DNA of 64,000 nt from Paraspadella gotoi (lineage: Eukaryota > Animalia > Chaetognatha): positions 14,464,301 through 14,528,300 of the forward strand of contig CM119268.1 of the NCBI GenBank assembly GCA_051294375.1. The letters run 5' to 3'. Position numbers and translations under genes: made by a program. Below are positions 9,501 through 23,523 of the stretch, piece after piece. The notes beneath the pieces were generated by a model. The model did no database searches, was not told the origin of the DNA, and saw only the letters and a program-made list of their open reading frames with translations. How positions within the stretch are numbered: position 1 is the first letter of the stretch; each line of letters opens with the position of its first letter.

Positions 9501-10044
9501 AAAGTTTTAAAAAAATGTGGAAAAAAATCGAGAGTGAAAATGGAAGGAAAGAGAATGAGAAAAAGAAAAATGGGTTGTGATTGGAAGTATCGCAATCGAC
9601 GTGAGTTGTCAATTTGTTAGTCAAATTGACAAGGGAAGTCTGTTTGGGTCGTTACGATCGAGATTTCTTGGCCGCCGTGTTACTAGCTAAGTGCGTGTTT
9701 ACAATTCGAAGGTAACAAACTAATTCAAAGGATTTAATCGACCTTAATTAGAATAGCCTGAACGAAGCTATTCTATATTTTTTTTTATTTTTTAAAATAC
9801 AGTTCGCTAAATAGGACAAGCAAGAAAGCAGATATCCTTTCACCGACCGAACGCCAATACATGTCTCGCGAGACAAATTGGAAAACTGTTTTTAGTCACA
9901 CGATTAACTCGGAGAAAAAGTTCGAAATAAGGGCGGATTCAACTTTGATGGCTGTTTAATGGTGGATAAAAGACAAGATGTGGACCAAAGAAAGAAAGAA
10001 GAAAATTAAAAATAAACTTTTCGATTGGGTTGAGAAAGTGAGAG

Positions 10045-10122
<78 letters not shown>

Positions 10123-10499
10123 TTTGCTCCATCAAAAACACGTTTCGTCTGAATGCGTGTGACTGAACAGCCGCGGAGCAAGAACTAGAAAGAAAGAAAA
10201 AGAAAGAGAGAGAAAGAACTAGAAAGAAAGAAAAAGAAAGAGAGAGATAGAACAAGAAAGAAGGAAAAAAGGAAATAATAAAAAAAAAGAAGGCCCAAAA
10301 TTGAAGGGGAGAGTAGAGCGGCGGCCGGCACAGAGAGAGGGAGGAAAACAGTAGATTGGATTTCAGGGTCTTTCAAAAGGAAGTCTAATTTCTGGCATTC
10401 TTTACCGTCATCTGGTTCTGTACTCCTTTCCATTCTTTTCTCTTGTATTCTCTCTCTCTCTCTCTCCTCTTCATCTGCTCATCTTCTGACCTCTTGACG

Positions 10500-13400
10500 A
10501 TTTGATACTGATCTATTGCCATCATACTTCGGATGCCTACATAATTCGTCTTCCTTCTGAACGAGTCAATCCTCTCATCCGCCTATTCTCCTTTTTGAGA
10601 TAAATGATTCGATTCATCTAGGTATTCCCTCCTCCCTGAAGCTCCCAAGACCCTCCAATAATCCAGGCCCACACACACTACAAAGCTCTTTACAGCTCGC
10701 ACCCTTCCTCCCTCATCTATTATATTATATTTTCGTGTATGTGCATAATCTGTGTCCATTGACCGATGATACATGTACCTGCTTTAATAAAATGAAGAAG
10801 TTTTGCTTAGACTCAACAGAATCTTACTCATTGGTAAAGAATATTCTAGTTGTTCAAAATACCACGTTCCAAAACGTCTATATAGATATTTATAAATATG
10901 AAAAGAGTTCATCCGTGATCAGACACACTTGTACTGTCGAAAGGACTACCTAATTGAAAACTTCATGAAAATTCATGAAAATTATGTCACTGCTCTTGCC
11001 TCAAACCACAATTTAAGCTGATGGCTAGTAAATATCTTACTCACCAAGGATTGCCACAGAAATAATAAAACGGAACAAAATTAGACAATGCCATGTCTGT
11101 ATTAATTATAATATTTAAACAGACTTATTAAAGAGGCGCCTCTAGCATGCCCTGCGTGGCCCTCGCACAGAATTGCTCTCATTGATCTTTTGGACCCTCT
11201 GCCTAGATATCTTCAGGAGTCTGGCGTCTCTTCCGCCGTTACGTAATCGAGTATATGCGAGATAATTTTTCGAGGAATGTTTTTTGATTCGCAACATCGG
11301 AGCGCCTCTTCCGAAGAGGTAGTCCAAAGTTTTTCTTAAAACTATTTCGATCTTCTTATGCCCCATGACTCTTGTGTGAGATTGTGTAGTAACTGGATGA
11401 AAATGTTGTTACAGCAAAAGAAACACGATCGTAGTAAATTCTCGATGCCTTGGGACGTTTAACATGTTGAGACAAAGTAATTATTACTAGCAAGTCATCA
11501 AGCTTATACCGACGAACCTCAATCAAATCGCTTGATTACGTATTTTAAAACTATATATAATGAACACATACTTTTGTAAAATTGGCAAAAGTATTGAAAA
11601 AAGGTGAGTTTCAAATAAACATGACCCTTCTGATCTCATCTTAACGGCCGAAGTCATTTCAAGTGACTCGATCCGTCACCCGAATGAAATGTTTATCACT
11701 CCGGATCTGGATATTCTCGAATGGAAAACTCCCTCGAAGAATGAGTTCTGAAACAGCTTTTAAAAAGCATAAAGAAATCGTTCCTAGTCTGCGTATCTGC
11801 AGAACTTTCTCTAAGAAGTTATGCGTAAACCCCGAGATAATAAAGAGTGCATTGAAATTGGATGAAACTTGTTTTCGTACACGTGAGTCTTTGCGGTGAA
11901 CATAATAAAAAAATTACAAACAAAAGTTTACCTGCTATCAAGTTTTAGATATGAGTGGGCTACAGAATTTATTAAAGTTAAAAAAACATTATAATAATGA
12001 TGTTTTATTGCTCCATATTTGCCAATTAATTCGATCACATCTCACTTTAGAACAACGCTAAGAGATGATTCGAAAATCAATAATAATTTAACCTTTGAGT
12101 TATTTGCCAGACTTCTTTCGTGCAAGTAACCGTTTCGAGGTCAACTTGGGTGTGACGAATGGCTTATTGGAATCATTGGCAGACTGCTACGTCTTTAGAC
12201 TTCACTCCAATTCCTTCCGATGTGACAAACGACGTCTGTCTCTGGGGACTTTCCCGACCCATTTGTCGAAAATCTCCTCGTAATAACACGATAGAAGTAT
12301 AGCTCTTATTCTCGGTGGTTAGTAAACGATTTAGCAATAGATCTCTTATCTTTTTCTCCTTTTATTTCACTTTCTTCTTATTAATTATTCAATAAATTTC
12401 ATTATTGCTAAAGCATTTTCAATTGCTCTTTGCGCGAAGTTCTATTTTCACTCGTCGTTTCTTCCATTACTTATTCGTATTCAGTCTAATACCAGCAGAG
12501 AAACCCAAATTATTAGCAGCAAGCTGCAAAGCTTCATTCGTATATGTGCTCGAATCTTCCCTCGTGTATGATTTATTACTATCGTATATCCTCCTCACGA
12601 GTCTCCAACTGCACGTCCAACACCCACAGTTGTTCACTTTATCCCAATGAATTGCGGAGATAACACGCCTTCTAGCGCGTAGCATACTGTAGAGCGGGAC
12701 GTCTCCCGTCATCTGCACACCCTGAGGTAGCGCATCTTTTTGCCGAACTATCTTTGAAACTGGCCTGGTTGAATTCTCTTTGAGTCCCTGAATGAACTTC
12801 TCGCCTAAATATGATCGGTTTTTGGCGTACGATAAGAAAATCATTTCTTGCTAAATAACATTTATTGGAAATTTCTTTAGAGGGTGTGTATATCTTTATA
12901 TTATACAGATTTAAATATAAATTCATTCTTAATCAACTAAATAATCAACAATAGAATCCTTTCGCGAGATTTAATTTTACAATAACCTGATCAAATTCTC
13001 AAATCATGTTCGATTGCCCTCTTTGGCTCTTAATCCACTCGTGTCTTCCTCTTAACGTGCAATTCCGATGACCGATTCCCCGTCTATTTCGTGCCTCTTC
13101 GCATTGACGTCACTCTGGCTGTAGTCTTCGTCATCTTCTTACACTCCGGAGACAAGACCTCTTCTCAAATCAACAACACTATTCAAACGCCAATAGAACT
13201 GAATTTGCCGTCTCAACTGAAATTGATAAAAACAATATATTTAATCAACCTTATAACTTCATTCTCTTATTATATAAAAACAATATTAACCATTGTTTTT
13301 TACATCTTCTTGTGAGATATTTTTACTCATTACTCAAATTATCAATTGTTTACTCACCACAAATGTTGAAACTTGAGAAACTACCCTCACTACGGATTGT

Positions 13401-14395
13401 GCCAGTAGTGTCTATCATCTTTATTCTTACTAGTGTGTTACCCCGCACAGAAATCGTGATCAATGAGAAGACCCTTCTGTACGTTTATTGCTGCGCTCGG
13501 ATATGTACATCAGTTACCCAACGCTGACCATCACCAGAGAGATTGCACTTGCGATCAGAGAAGCAGATGAGCGCAAAGAGAGAGCACTCCCCAGCAGACC
13601 CAGTATTGGTGCAGCAAGATTCTAAATGGGCGGGTGCCTAAAATAAAATAATAAATCAATTAAGAAAACTAATAAAACAGGATATATGAATATTTACAAT
13701 TAAAAAAACCGCTTTAAGAAGTTGAGGAGTAGAGAAAGCGAGTATATAGAGAGAAAGGGAGCGAAAGAGACATAAAAAAAATTTCATATTCGTACCCTAA
13801 CTAACTTATTTAACACGGAGAGAGACACCATCTTCGATTATCTTCACTTCTCTACAGGCTCGAGCCCCGGTGTATGTCTCAAACAAACGATATGTCACTT
13901 ATTGAATCTCATCGCCATTGATCTGCCAACTTGCTCAGAGCTGATGCGAAGGGCTTTCCAACTTCCTTCAAGGAAATACTTAACAACCTCTGTCCACTCT
14001 AGAGAACCTATAAATCTTATATCTGATACGAGAGTAGAGTGAGAAAAGTTTCCCACGAGCCGCGCTCCCAGAATAGAGAATCATAATATATGTTTCTCTA
14101 TCGTAATCTCACTATAATTACTGTTGTTACCTAGATACCGCCTCGGTCTCCTCCGTGAGCCCTTTTCCAATTCCGTGTATACTCCCTTGCTCTTTTTTTT
14201 TCCAAATCGAGAAGCGGCCAAGGCCCGGTTTAAAATACCCACGAGAGCGCGGTCCCCATTGAGGTCGCCTCACTGCTGCACAGGTCCGAAATTCGAGAAT
14301 TGCGGATGATGCACAGCAGCCTTCACTTCCCGCTGAGTCCAGCGGTTCTGTGGCATCGAAGCAGCGATAGTGGCAAAGATGATAAATGAAATCAT
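10500..14395 (-). pseudogene. Putative multi-exon protein-coding gene with broken frames (pseudogene or indel-rich assembly); product unidentified, possibly secreted
   Basis: GC-richer blocks alternate with short AT-rich spacers bounded by GT..AG on minus: candidate exons 14395-14131, 14007-13806, 13637-13358 (donor GTGAGT), 13216-12987 (acceptor TTTCAG), 12850-12471 (fully open frame), 10949-10779, further donors at 12092 and 11044 (GTGAGT). First exon starts MISFIIFATIAAS. 3' end approximate. Confidence 0.4.
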
Positions 14396-17300
14396 TTTGT
14401 TTTATATCCTTTAAAGTTTAGAGAAAATATGAAAATTCTAGTTATATCTAATTTCGTCTGTTCGAAAAGCGAGAAATAAAATTTAATTCTTTGTTTACCA
14501 TTTGAGTTTCGAAGTTTTGGCGGAGATATCTTTATTCCGATTTGGTGAAGTGCGATTGAAACGAATATCCTTCGTTTCGCCTTAAGTTACCAATGACCAT
14601 TGGAACAGAGCCCGAGCAGTCGAGTTTTAGGGAGATTGTAAACAAATCTTTAATCGATTTCTAACTATTGTCATTGATACACACTTTATGTTTATTTTGA
14701 AATGCCCGGCCTCCCACATTTTGCAGATCTGCTATTGCTATTGCTTATCGTGTATTACTGTGTTACTGTATGATGTAACCTGAATTTTTGATCCGATTAC
14801 TTTTTTTTCCGCCCTCAACTTTTACATAAAGCAATTATACCAACAAATAACATACACATACTTTTTGAAAAATAATTAATAAAATCCTACTTAATGATTA
14901 ATTATATTTAGGAGGGGCGGGTTCAGGAAATCAAAGAGTTGTTGTTTCGTTTCGCGGCCCCTCGTTCTTTATTAAACAAAAGTATTGGCCTTCGCTGAAT
15001 TGTAAACAAAACGCTTTTTGGTTCTCGATCGCTTGTAATTCTTTCTTCCAGTCGTGATTTTGGCCAGCGTAACAATTGTAATTCGCTTCCCGTTTATTTC
15101 TCGTTTGTTTCCAACGTTATTAATATAATCAAAGAATACTCAATCATCCTTTAAATATAATTAGGCTAAATAATTCGTCAATTTATTACAGCGAGTTAGT
15201 AATTAAGAACGACAAAGAGCCATCCAGTTGATGCGATCGCGCCTCGTTTAAAAAAAGCCTTTGAAACAGGAGAATAAATCTCTGCGTTGGGAATCCGTAG
15301 AAATATAAGGAGCCTCTTCGGCTCCTTTTTTTTTTTTCCTTTCTTTTTTCCTTCTTTCTTTTCTTATCTTCTCTTTCTTCTTCTTTCTTTCTATCTTTCC
15401 TCTTCTTTCTTTTTCTTTCTTTTTGTCTTTACTTTTTTCTTATTTCTTTCCTTCTTCCTTTCTATCTTTTTTATTTTACATTTCTTTTCCCTTTCGTTTT
15501 TTCTGTGTTCTCTTTCTCTTTATTTCTTTTCTTTCTTCCTTTCTTCCTTCTTTCTTTCCTTTTATTTCTTCTTTCTATTTAGCTTTCTTTTATTCTTCTT
15601 CTTTGTCTCCCCCCGGCCCATCACCTCCCTCATCCTTCCCCCATTTCTCTTCTCTTTTCACTCCTGGTCTCAACATCAAACCAATGGCGTGGAATGCCGA
15701 TGGATGGTTCATAAAATGGTCACCTGAAAAGGAGTTCGGATTCGGAACACCTCTTCCGACCCTCACCCTTTCAACTCCGAGAGCCACTTCTTTAGCCCTC
15801 AACCCACCACTCTCTCCACCTTTATTTAAATCATCACACGTTTAAAACTTCTCTCACCCCACAACTCCCAAATCACCCATCTGCACACCCGCCCTTTTCC
15901 TTTGAATTTCCGCCAAACCGTATTCATCTTTTTTATCCCAAACGCGTATCTTGAGTGACAATTTTCAATTTCCTCATATTCTAAAAACATTCGGAAGAGA
16001 GAAAAACTTTTTTTCCCTTTTTTAATTTTTTTTTAATGGTCAAATGTTTTGACTTTTTGTTTTTTAAATTTTTAGAAAACCCGAAAAGCGTAGCTTATTG
16101 CATAATGAATGATTGGTCAATTTTATATTGGTTGTACCAATTTCATAAACTTAAATACTATCTAAAAAGTAAAAATGAAATTAAAAAAAAATGTTTTACG
16201 TTATACGTAAAGATCGAGCGACTTTCTGGTTTCGATGTAAACAAAACAATCACAACTCGTCTGGAAAAAAGGTTGGGTCCAAATCCAAATTTAGGATTTC
16301 AACATTCTTTTTCAGAATCCAGTTCGAACTGTGTTTTCTTTAAAGTTCGCGAGACGCGGATATTAAAAAAAGTTTGTTTACGTCTGAAAAAGTTTCGTTT
16401 TTCTCAGAAAAAATTACAGGATTATGAGAAACGGAACAAAAAAGGGCTGATGAGAGAGGANNNNNNNNNNNNNNNNNNNNNNNNNNNNNNNNNNNNNNNN
16501 NNNNNNNNNNNNNNNNNNNNNNNNNNNNNNNNNNNNNNNNNNNNNNNNNNNNNNNNNNNNNNNNNNNNNNNNNNNNNNNNNNNNNNNNNNNNNNNNNNNN
16601 NNNNNNNNNNNNNNNNNNNNNNNNNNNNNNAGCTTGCTGAAACAAGTAGAGAAAGCCCAGTGAAAAACGTCAGTGAAAAAGTTTTCAAGTTTCTGCTAGA
16701 CTCTCCAGAGAGCCATTAGCCTCGCTCTTTCTTCCTTTCTCACCTCCACTTTTCCTCACTCTATTTTTTTTTCTCCTCTCGGTTACTCGGGTTCTTTTTT
16801 TTTTTCTTTTTCCAGTTTTACATACTCGTTTTTTTTATATGCAATTTTTTTAATTTTAAATTCACGCGTCATTTGTCATTTGTCATTTGTCCTTCTCGTT
16901 CTTTGACATCAATCACCTTGACGGTTTTTTGACACGATGACTTCGTGACGAAATTCTACTCACCAATTTTTGAAGAGCAGAGAAATGTAAATTTATTTTG
17001 AAACGTGAAACGTAAAACGTGTAAGTCAGTGACATCAAAAAATATGTACAAACAGAAATCGAAGATCAAGCCTTTAAAAAAAAATTATTGCGAAGAATTC
17101 AAAACGTTTTTCCGCCAGTTATTAGAGTCATTCCAATGTATGAATTGTAAAACCGAATAAAAAAGTTACATTGCGTATTTTTCAAAAATGATTCCGAGCC
17201 TGGATACGGCAAGAGGTGTACATCCTAGATTATGGGTCGGTCCTTTTCTTCATTTCATGTCTTTTATCTTCATTTTGCTTCGGTCGTCGTCGTTGCAGTT

Positions 17301-18141
17301 GACGTCGTCATCATTGTTGNNNNNNNNNNTGATTTTTTTTCCTGTTTTTTTTTTCCTTTTCTTTCCTACACGAAACAGGATGCGTCAAGTTCGTTACGGA
17401 CGGAGATTATATTAAAAGTGAGGTTTTCTTTTTTACATCATTTCTGTTTCTCGATGGACATATTTCTCCTTGTTTTTCCTTTACTTTGTTTTTCTTTCTT
17501 AATTTCTCCTCTCCTTCTCTTTCTACTTCCCTTCTTTTCTTTCTTTTTTGCTTTCCTTCTTTCCTTCTCTCTCTACTTCCCTTCTTTCCTTTCCTTTCTA
17601 CTTCCCTTCTTTCCTTTCCTTTCTTCTTCCCTTTTTTCCTTTCCTTTTCACTTTCCTTCATTCCTTTCCTTTCTTCTTCCCTCATTTTATCATCATTCTC
17701 CTTTACTTGTTTCCTTCCCTCCTTTCTATATTATATATTTCAGTATTTCAGAATTCTCCTTCCTGCATTTTTCCCTTTCGTATTCCCGCCTTTCTTTTCT
17801 TTTTTTCCTCCTTTCCTTTCTCCTTTCCTCCCTTTCCTCCCTCTCCCCACCTTTTCTCTCCTAGAAATTTTCTCCCCTCTTTCCTCTTTCGTTCCGTCAG
17901 GTAGAAAGAGTCGTAAAAGTTGGTCTCCTCCTCCTCCTCCTCCTCCTCCTCCTCCTCTCCGCAGTAGAATTCGATGAGTTGGCTTATGATAACACAGAGG
18001 ATTGCAAGGAAATATACCGATGATGACGATAACGACGACGACGAAAACGACGACAATGTAACGTCGGGGATGACGACGACGATGACGACGACGATGATGA
18101 CCACGTTTTCATGATACGAGAATCGCGTCGCCGATGTGAGG

Positions 18142-18181
18142 TGTCGCCTGTCGCCTGTCGCCTGTCGCCTGTCGCCTGTCG
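18142..18181. repeat. 7-bp tandem repeat (TGTCGCC), about 6 copies
   Basis: tgtcgcctgtcgcctgtcgcctgtcgcctgtcgcctgtcg. Confidence 0.9.
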
Positions 18182-18562
18182 ACCGTCGATCATCGTATTT
18201 TTTTTTGTGATTAATTCTTAAAAAACCGATCGAGCGTAATTAATTATTATAACGCTGTTAGATGATTTGATAATTGACGGTGATGGTGATATCATCATCA
18301 TCATCTTAAAAAATTCAATATATAGACTGACGATATCGACGTCGAGTAGATTCGATGAGACCCTTATGATAGAAGAAGCCACTTGGACTGCGTAGACAAC
18401 GCCGACGAAAACTGCCCACGATGACGACGATGACGACGATGACGACCGGTGCCATGACAACGACGCCAGGAAAAAAAAGATGATGGGCACAATAAAAAAG
18501 CGATTTAACAACGAAGGCGATTGAGAAGATCTTATTACTGTAAAACGAAGAAAATGGCTAAA

Positions 18563-18597
<35 letters not shown>

Positions 18598-19173
18598 CAA
18601 TATATGGTGACGAAGGATTATGATGAATCGATTTTCTCTCAAAATAAACGCGCGAAAATTAGAATTAGAAGATTTGGAGTATTTTCTCCGACGTTCTCGG
18701 TTCTTAATATTACTCGTCATCATTCTTGCTAATAATAATCCCTTTGACATGTTCGTTGTTGTTGTCGTCGTCGTCGTCGTCCTCTCATCGTCCTCTCTCT
18801 GCCCCTGATGATTATTCGATTTTTATGCTTGACAAGTTTGACAGTTAATCAATCTCAACAGAAAAATAAAGAAAACATTTATACACGTAAACTGTATTTT
18901 TAACAAAGTATTCGAAAACAACGAGGCGAGGATCTGGGGTTGTATACTTTTTTAAAATTTTTTTTTAGTTAAAAGAGTTCAAATTTGGCGTCTGTAAGTT
19001 TTTTAACGAAATAAAAGAAAGACTGACTGGCAGACTTTGCATTCCGTCGATCAACAATAAATTTCGCGCGAGAAATTTTTTTTTGTAGATCTCACTCCAT
19101 TAGTTTCTTTTATTGAAACTCGACCCGCAATCGTTTAGTCTTTGTGTCACTCTCTCTCTCTCCCTCTTCTCTT

Positions 19174-19239
<66 letters not shown>

Positions 19240-19635
19240 CTACCTACTCTCTCTCTCCCTCCTGTTCTCTCTCTTCTCGTCTCTCTTATCTCTCTCTCCC
19301 TCTCTCTCCCTCTCTCCTCTCTCTCCCTCGCTCTCTCTCTTGCTCTACCTTTCTCTTCCCAAGATAAGCACTTTTATGATCTCTCTAATGCGACGTTATC
19401 GCCAACACTCCCGTTCTTTTAAAACCGCAACAGAGAGCGAGCTGTCTGCAAGAAAGCAGAACAGTAACACGAAAACGTCAAAAAATTTTTGGACAAGAGG
19501 AGAGAGAGAGGACGCATGAGGAGAGGCGGACCGAGGCAGAGAGAGAGAGAGAAGAGACCACTGAGAGAGAGAGAGACAGAGACAGAGAGAGAGAGAGAGA
19601 GGAGAGACGAGAGGAGAGAGAGAGTGGAGATGAGA

Positions 19636-19666
<31 letters not shown>

Positions 19667-21553
19667 GAGAGGACGAGAGAGAGACAAGCAAGAAAACGTA
19701 AGCCTAGCGAAAACGCAGCAGGGAAAAAATTAAAATGGATTGTTGCAAAGATTTTGCGGAGCAAAAACCTGTCGCACTTTCGTATTGACGACGAACGAAA
19801 GAGCGAGTTTCCTGTTTTTCTAACTTTTTTCTTCTAGATCGCCGGAATTTTCATTTCCGGGGCCAAATAAGACGCCGCCTTACTTTACTGGTTCCCTCCT
19901 CCCTCTCGCTCTCGCCGGGCTCGTCGCTCTCCTTCGCTTCCTCGTCCTCTTTCCTTTCTCCTTTCGTTCCCTCCCTCTCTGCCTTCTCCTCCCTCTCTCT
20001 CTCTTCTCCTCCTTCTCCTCTCCTCCCGGTCGGTTGGGTAAAAGAGTGCTATGGTTGCCAGTTAGCTGGAACAATGGGCGAAATGGGGCGGACTGGAAAG
20101 CCGAAAGGATGAAGCAAAGGGAGGCAGCGTATATAAGCAGAATAAAGTCATTCTTCAACTCCACCAACTCTAATTAAAATCGGAAAAAGAGGCACAACAG
20201 ACATGAATAAAAAAACTTTACGTAATTTACGTTATTATGAAAACGAAACTGTATTTAGAGTCTTTTGCCAGATAAGAGGAAAGGAAAGAAAGAAAGGAAA
20301 GAAAGGAAAGAAAGAAAGAAAGATAAGAAAGAACAGAGAGAAAGAAAGATAAGAAACCAAAGAACAGAGTAACAACAAAGAAAGAACACAAGAAGAAACA
20401 AAGAAACAAAAAAAAACACAAGAAAAACAAGAAAACCATTCAAAGACAAAGAAATCACAAGGCGACAAGGAACAGACAAGAAAGAAAGAAGAGAAAGAAA
20501 AGAGTAAGAACAGAAGATCAAGAACAGAAGAACAAGAAAAGAAGAAAAAAAGAATCAGCACACACGTCAGAAGCAAGAAAGATAAATAGAAAAAAAAAAA
20601 AAGAAGAAAGAAAAAAAGTAAACAGAAATAAGGAACGACAAAGAAAGAAAGAAGTATAGGAAATAAAAAGGTTCTACAGCCTAGGACGACATGGGAAGAG
20701 TCCACGTTTTTTTTAAACTGAGAGGCAATTAAAAAAGATTTAAAAAGCCATTGTTCGTTCTTTGTGGGGGTTTTTTTGATCTTTTTTTGCCCCCTCCCGA
20801 GTCTCTCTCTCACTCTCTCTCTCTCTCCCTCTCTCTCTCTCTTCTCTCTCCTCTCTCTCTCTCTCTCTCTCCTCTCCTCTCGTCTCTCTCTTTCTTCTCA
20901 TTCTTATTGTCTCCCATTTCTCCTTCTTAGAGCACACGTGGCGCTCTTCTGTTCAGTGAAGGAAGAAGAGGCTTAAGATTTTCTTTATCTGCATAAAAAG
21001 AGATGAGACCGAGGGAGACGACGAGAGAGCACGATGACGAGAGAGAGAGAGAGAGAGAGGCGGATGAGAGAGTCGCAGAGACGAGAGAGAGCAGTCGCCG
21101 TGAAGGTGACTGTTGTTGATGTGTGGTGATGCTGGAAGATCGATCTGATGAAGGGAAGAAGAGCGACCGTAATTTACGACCGGACATACTATCTCATAAT
21201 TGATATTATTCACTCACTATGACCTACTTCTATTACCAAGGAGACGCCCACTGCATCAAGAAGGTTTCGTATCGTTCTTTGTTTGTATTAGACGCAGTCG
21301 AAATATCCGAAAAAGTTAATGCAGGTGATAGAATTCGCTATTTCGGGTGTGGGGAAAACCCCCCCCCGAGGGCCCTTTGGTTTTTTGATGTTTTCTTAAA
21401 AAAAACACACGAATAGAATAGTGGAAATGATGGACGAAGGATTGCTGTTTGATGGAGGAAAGAAAACAAACCATGATGGAGAAAGAAAAAAAACAAAAGA
21501 AAATAAATATTCATGACGAATGTCGAGAGCGAGGGAAAGAGGAAAACTGTCAC

Positions 21554-22377
21554 ACAGTATTATATTCTACTTAAATTCATAACCGAGTTTTCTTTGTTTT
21601 CTTTCATTATCGGAAAAACGTAATATCCATTGACCGATAGTCCAGGAACCGGCTTTAAGGATAAGTTCCAAGTTTGCTAGTCGTTGTTTAGTCTCCGCGT
21701 TACTAAATTAGGCGTACTTTTACAGAAGCACATTGTTGAAAAAATTGTTTATATAATTAAGACGTGCGATATTTTTAGATGGGCGTGAACCATATAGATG
21801 AAGTCTATAAATGGCACCATGGACAAAATCGAAATCTGACGGAAGGAATTTCTCCGACGAACGAAGATTGAACGTAGGCGATGGTGCGAGGGCCGTGCGC
21901 ACTAGACGCACGACGAAGATGACGCACGACGACAACGACGAACGATGACGCACGACGACGAAGTCTGCCGGGAGGACGAAAGACGAAGACGACGACGAAT
22001 GAGAACCGAACGGGACGACAAGTAGCTACCGATGAAGCGCGACGACGACGACAAGACGACGGACCGTTTACTCACGCAAGACGCCGAGAGGAAGACGACG
22101 ACGCACGCCGACGACGACGCACAGACCGAATCCGGGGGACGACCCGTCGGACCGCCACGCGCCGAAACATAACGACGGACGACGAGCGCCGACGGACGAC
22201 CAATAACCGCACGACAGCAACGCAGGGACGACCCACAAGATCTAACTGGCGAAGAGAGCAAAAAAAAAAAAAAACTGTTTTCGTTCGTACATGTTTCGCA
22301 ATTTCTTCGCTCCTTATTCTCGTTTCCCTCCACCTCCTCTTTTTTAAAGGCAAAGAGGATAAGAAAAATCATTGAGA

Positions 22378-22422
<45 letters not shown>

Positions 22423-22423
22423 C

Positions 22424-22489
<66 letters not shown>

Positions 22490-22771
22490 GCTCTTTCTCT
22501 CCTCACCTTTTCTTTCCTTTCTTCACTTTTTGGAAGTTCCCTATCGTTGGCGTGCATCGTAGCGTCGTGGAGTCGTCGGTCTGCGTAGTTTTAAGAAAAA
22601 GTGGGCGCCGAGTTTTAGTGGCGCGCGTCTTGAGACTTTGTGCGCGTCGGTTTCTAATGCTGGAGTTTATTAATGTTAAACCAGACCGAAACTTGACGGA
22701 TGGGAAACATTAAGAAAGATTTAAAGAGACAGGAAAAAATATAAAAGAGAAAAAAGAGGAAAACCTCCCTA
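21554..22771 (+). repeat. Copy 1 of about 1.2-kb direct duplication (noisy copy)
   Basis: Colinear with 23524-24742 (shared gacgtgcgatatttttagatgggcgtgaacc, gaagtctataaatggcaccatgg, gagtttattaatg), differing by many small indels. Confidence 0.85.
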
Positions 22772-23523
22772 TGAAATCCGAATTTCACCTACAAAGGCCT
22801 ATCAAAAATATCTCGTCTAAATGTTAAACATGCCGTGAGTTTCAACGAAGAGTAGATTTAGATAAACTTCGTTTCGGGCGCAGGGATCAGCGATTTCCGG
22901 GGTTTTCAACGCTTTTTTTTGGCGTCACCTCTTCATATTCCCCGCCAGGATAGACCGAATTTTAAATATTTACTTAATAAATATTTAGATTTTCGAAAGC
23001 CCGCGGCGTCCTTTGGCGAAGCCCGTGTCCGGTGGGAGCACCTCGACATAAATTCCGGTCATTCTTCGATATCGGTTACCCGATGGACCCAAAGTGGACT
23101 GTTTCTGACGGAGTTCTTCGCTTTCTAACTGAACTTACTCGTTCTCCTCAGACGAGTGACAATGAAAATTATATACATTCATGGTGCTACACAGTCAGAT
23201 TAGATTCTTGATTTGTCTAAAACAGCGTAATCCTCAATTTGTTAAAAAACTTTAATCGACACGATGCCTTGCTTGTTTAATTTAACAATCCCCTGTTAAC
23301 GAGTTTTTCAGGTCTTACATCTCGCGTGTCTGCCAGTCTTAATTTAAGTTCTTTTAAATGGACTGTGAGATTACAATTTCTGCGTTGGTTGTCTGATGGT
23401 TTTCTGGGTGTGGAGCATCCGAAAGAATTAATAGCGTGGTTTTAATATGAAAATAAGAGAAATACTTGAACTTTTGGATCCTCTCTCTTTTTNNNNNNNN
23501 NNNNNNNNNNNNNNNNNACCTGT

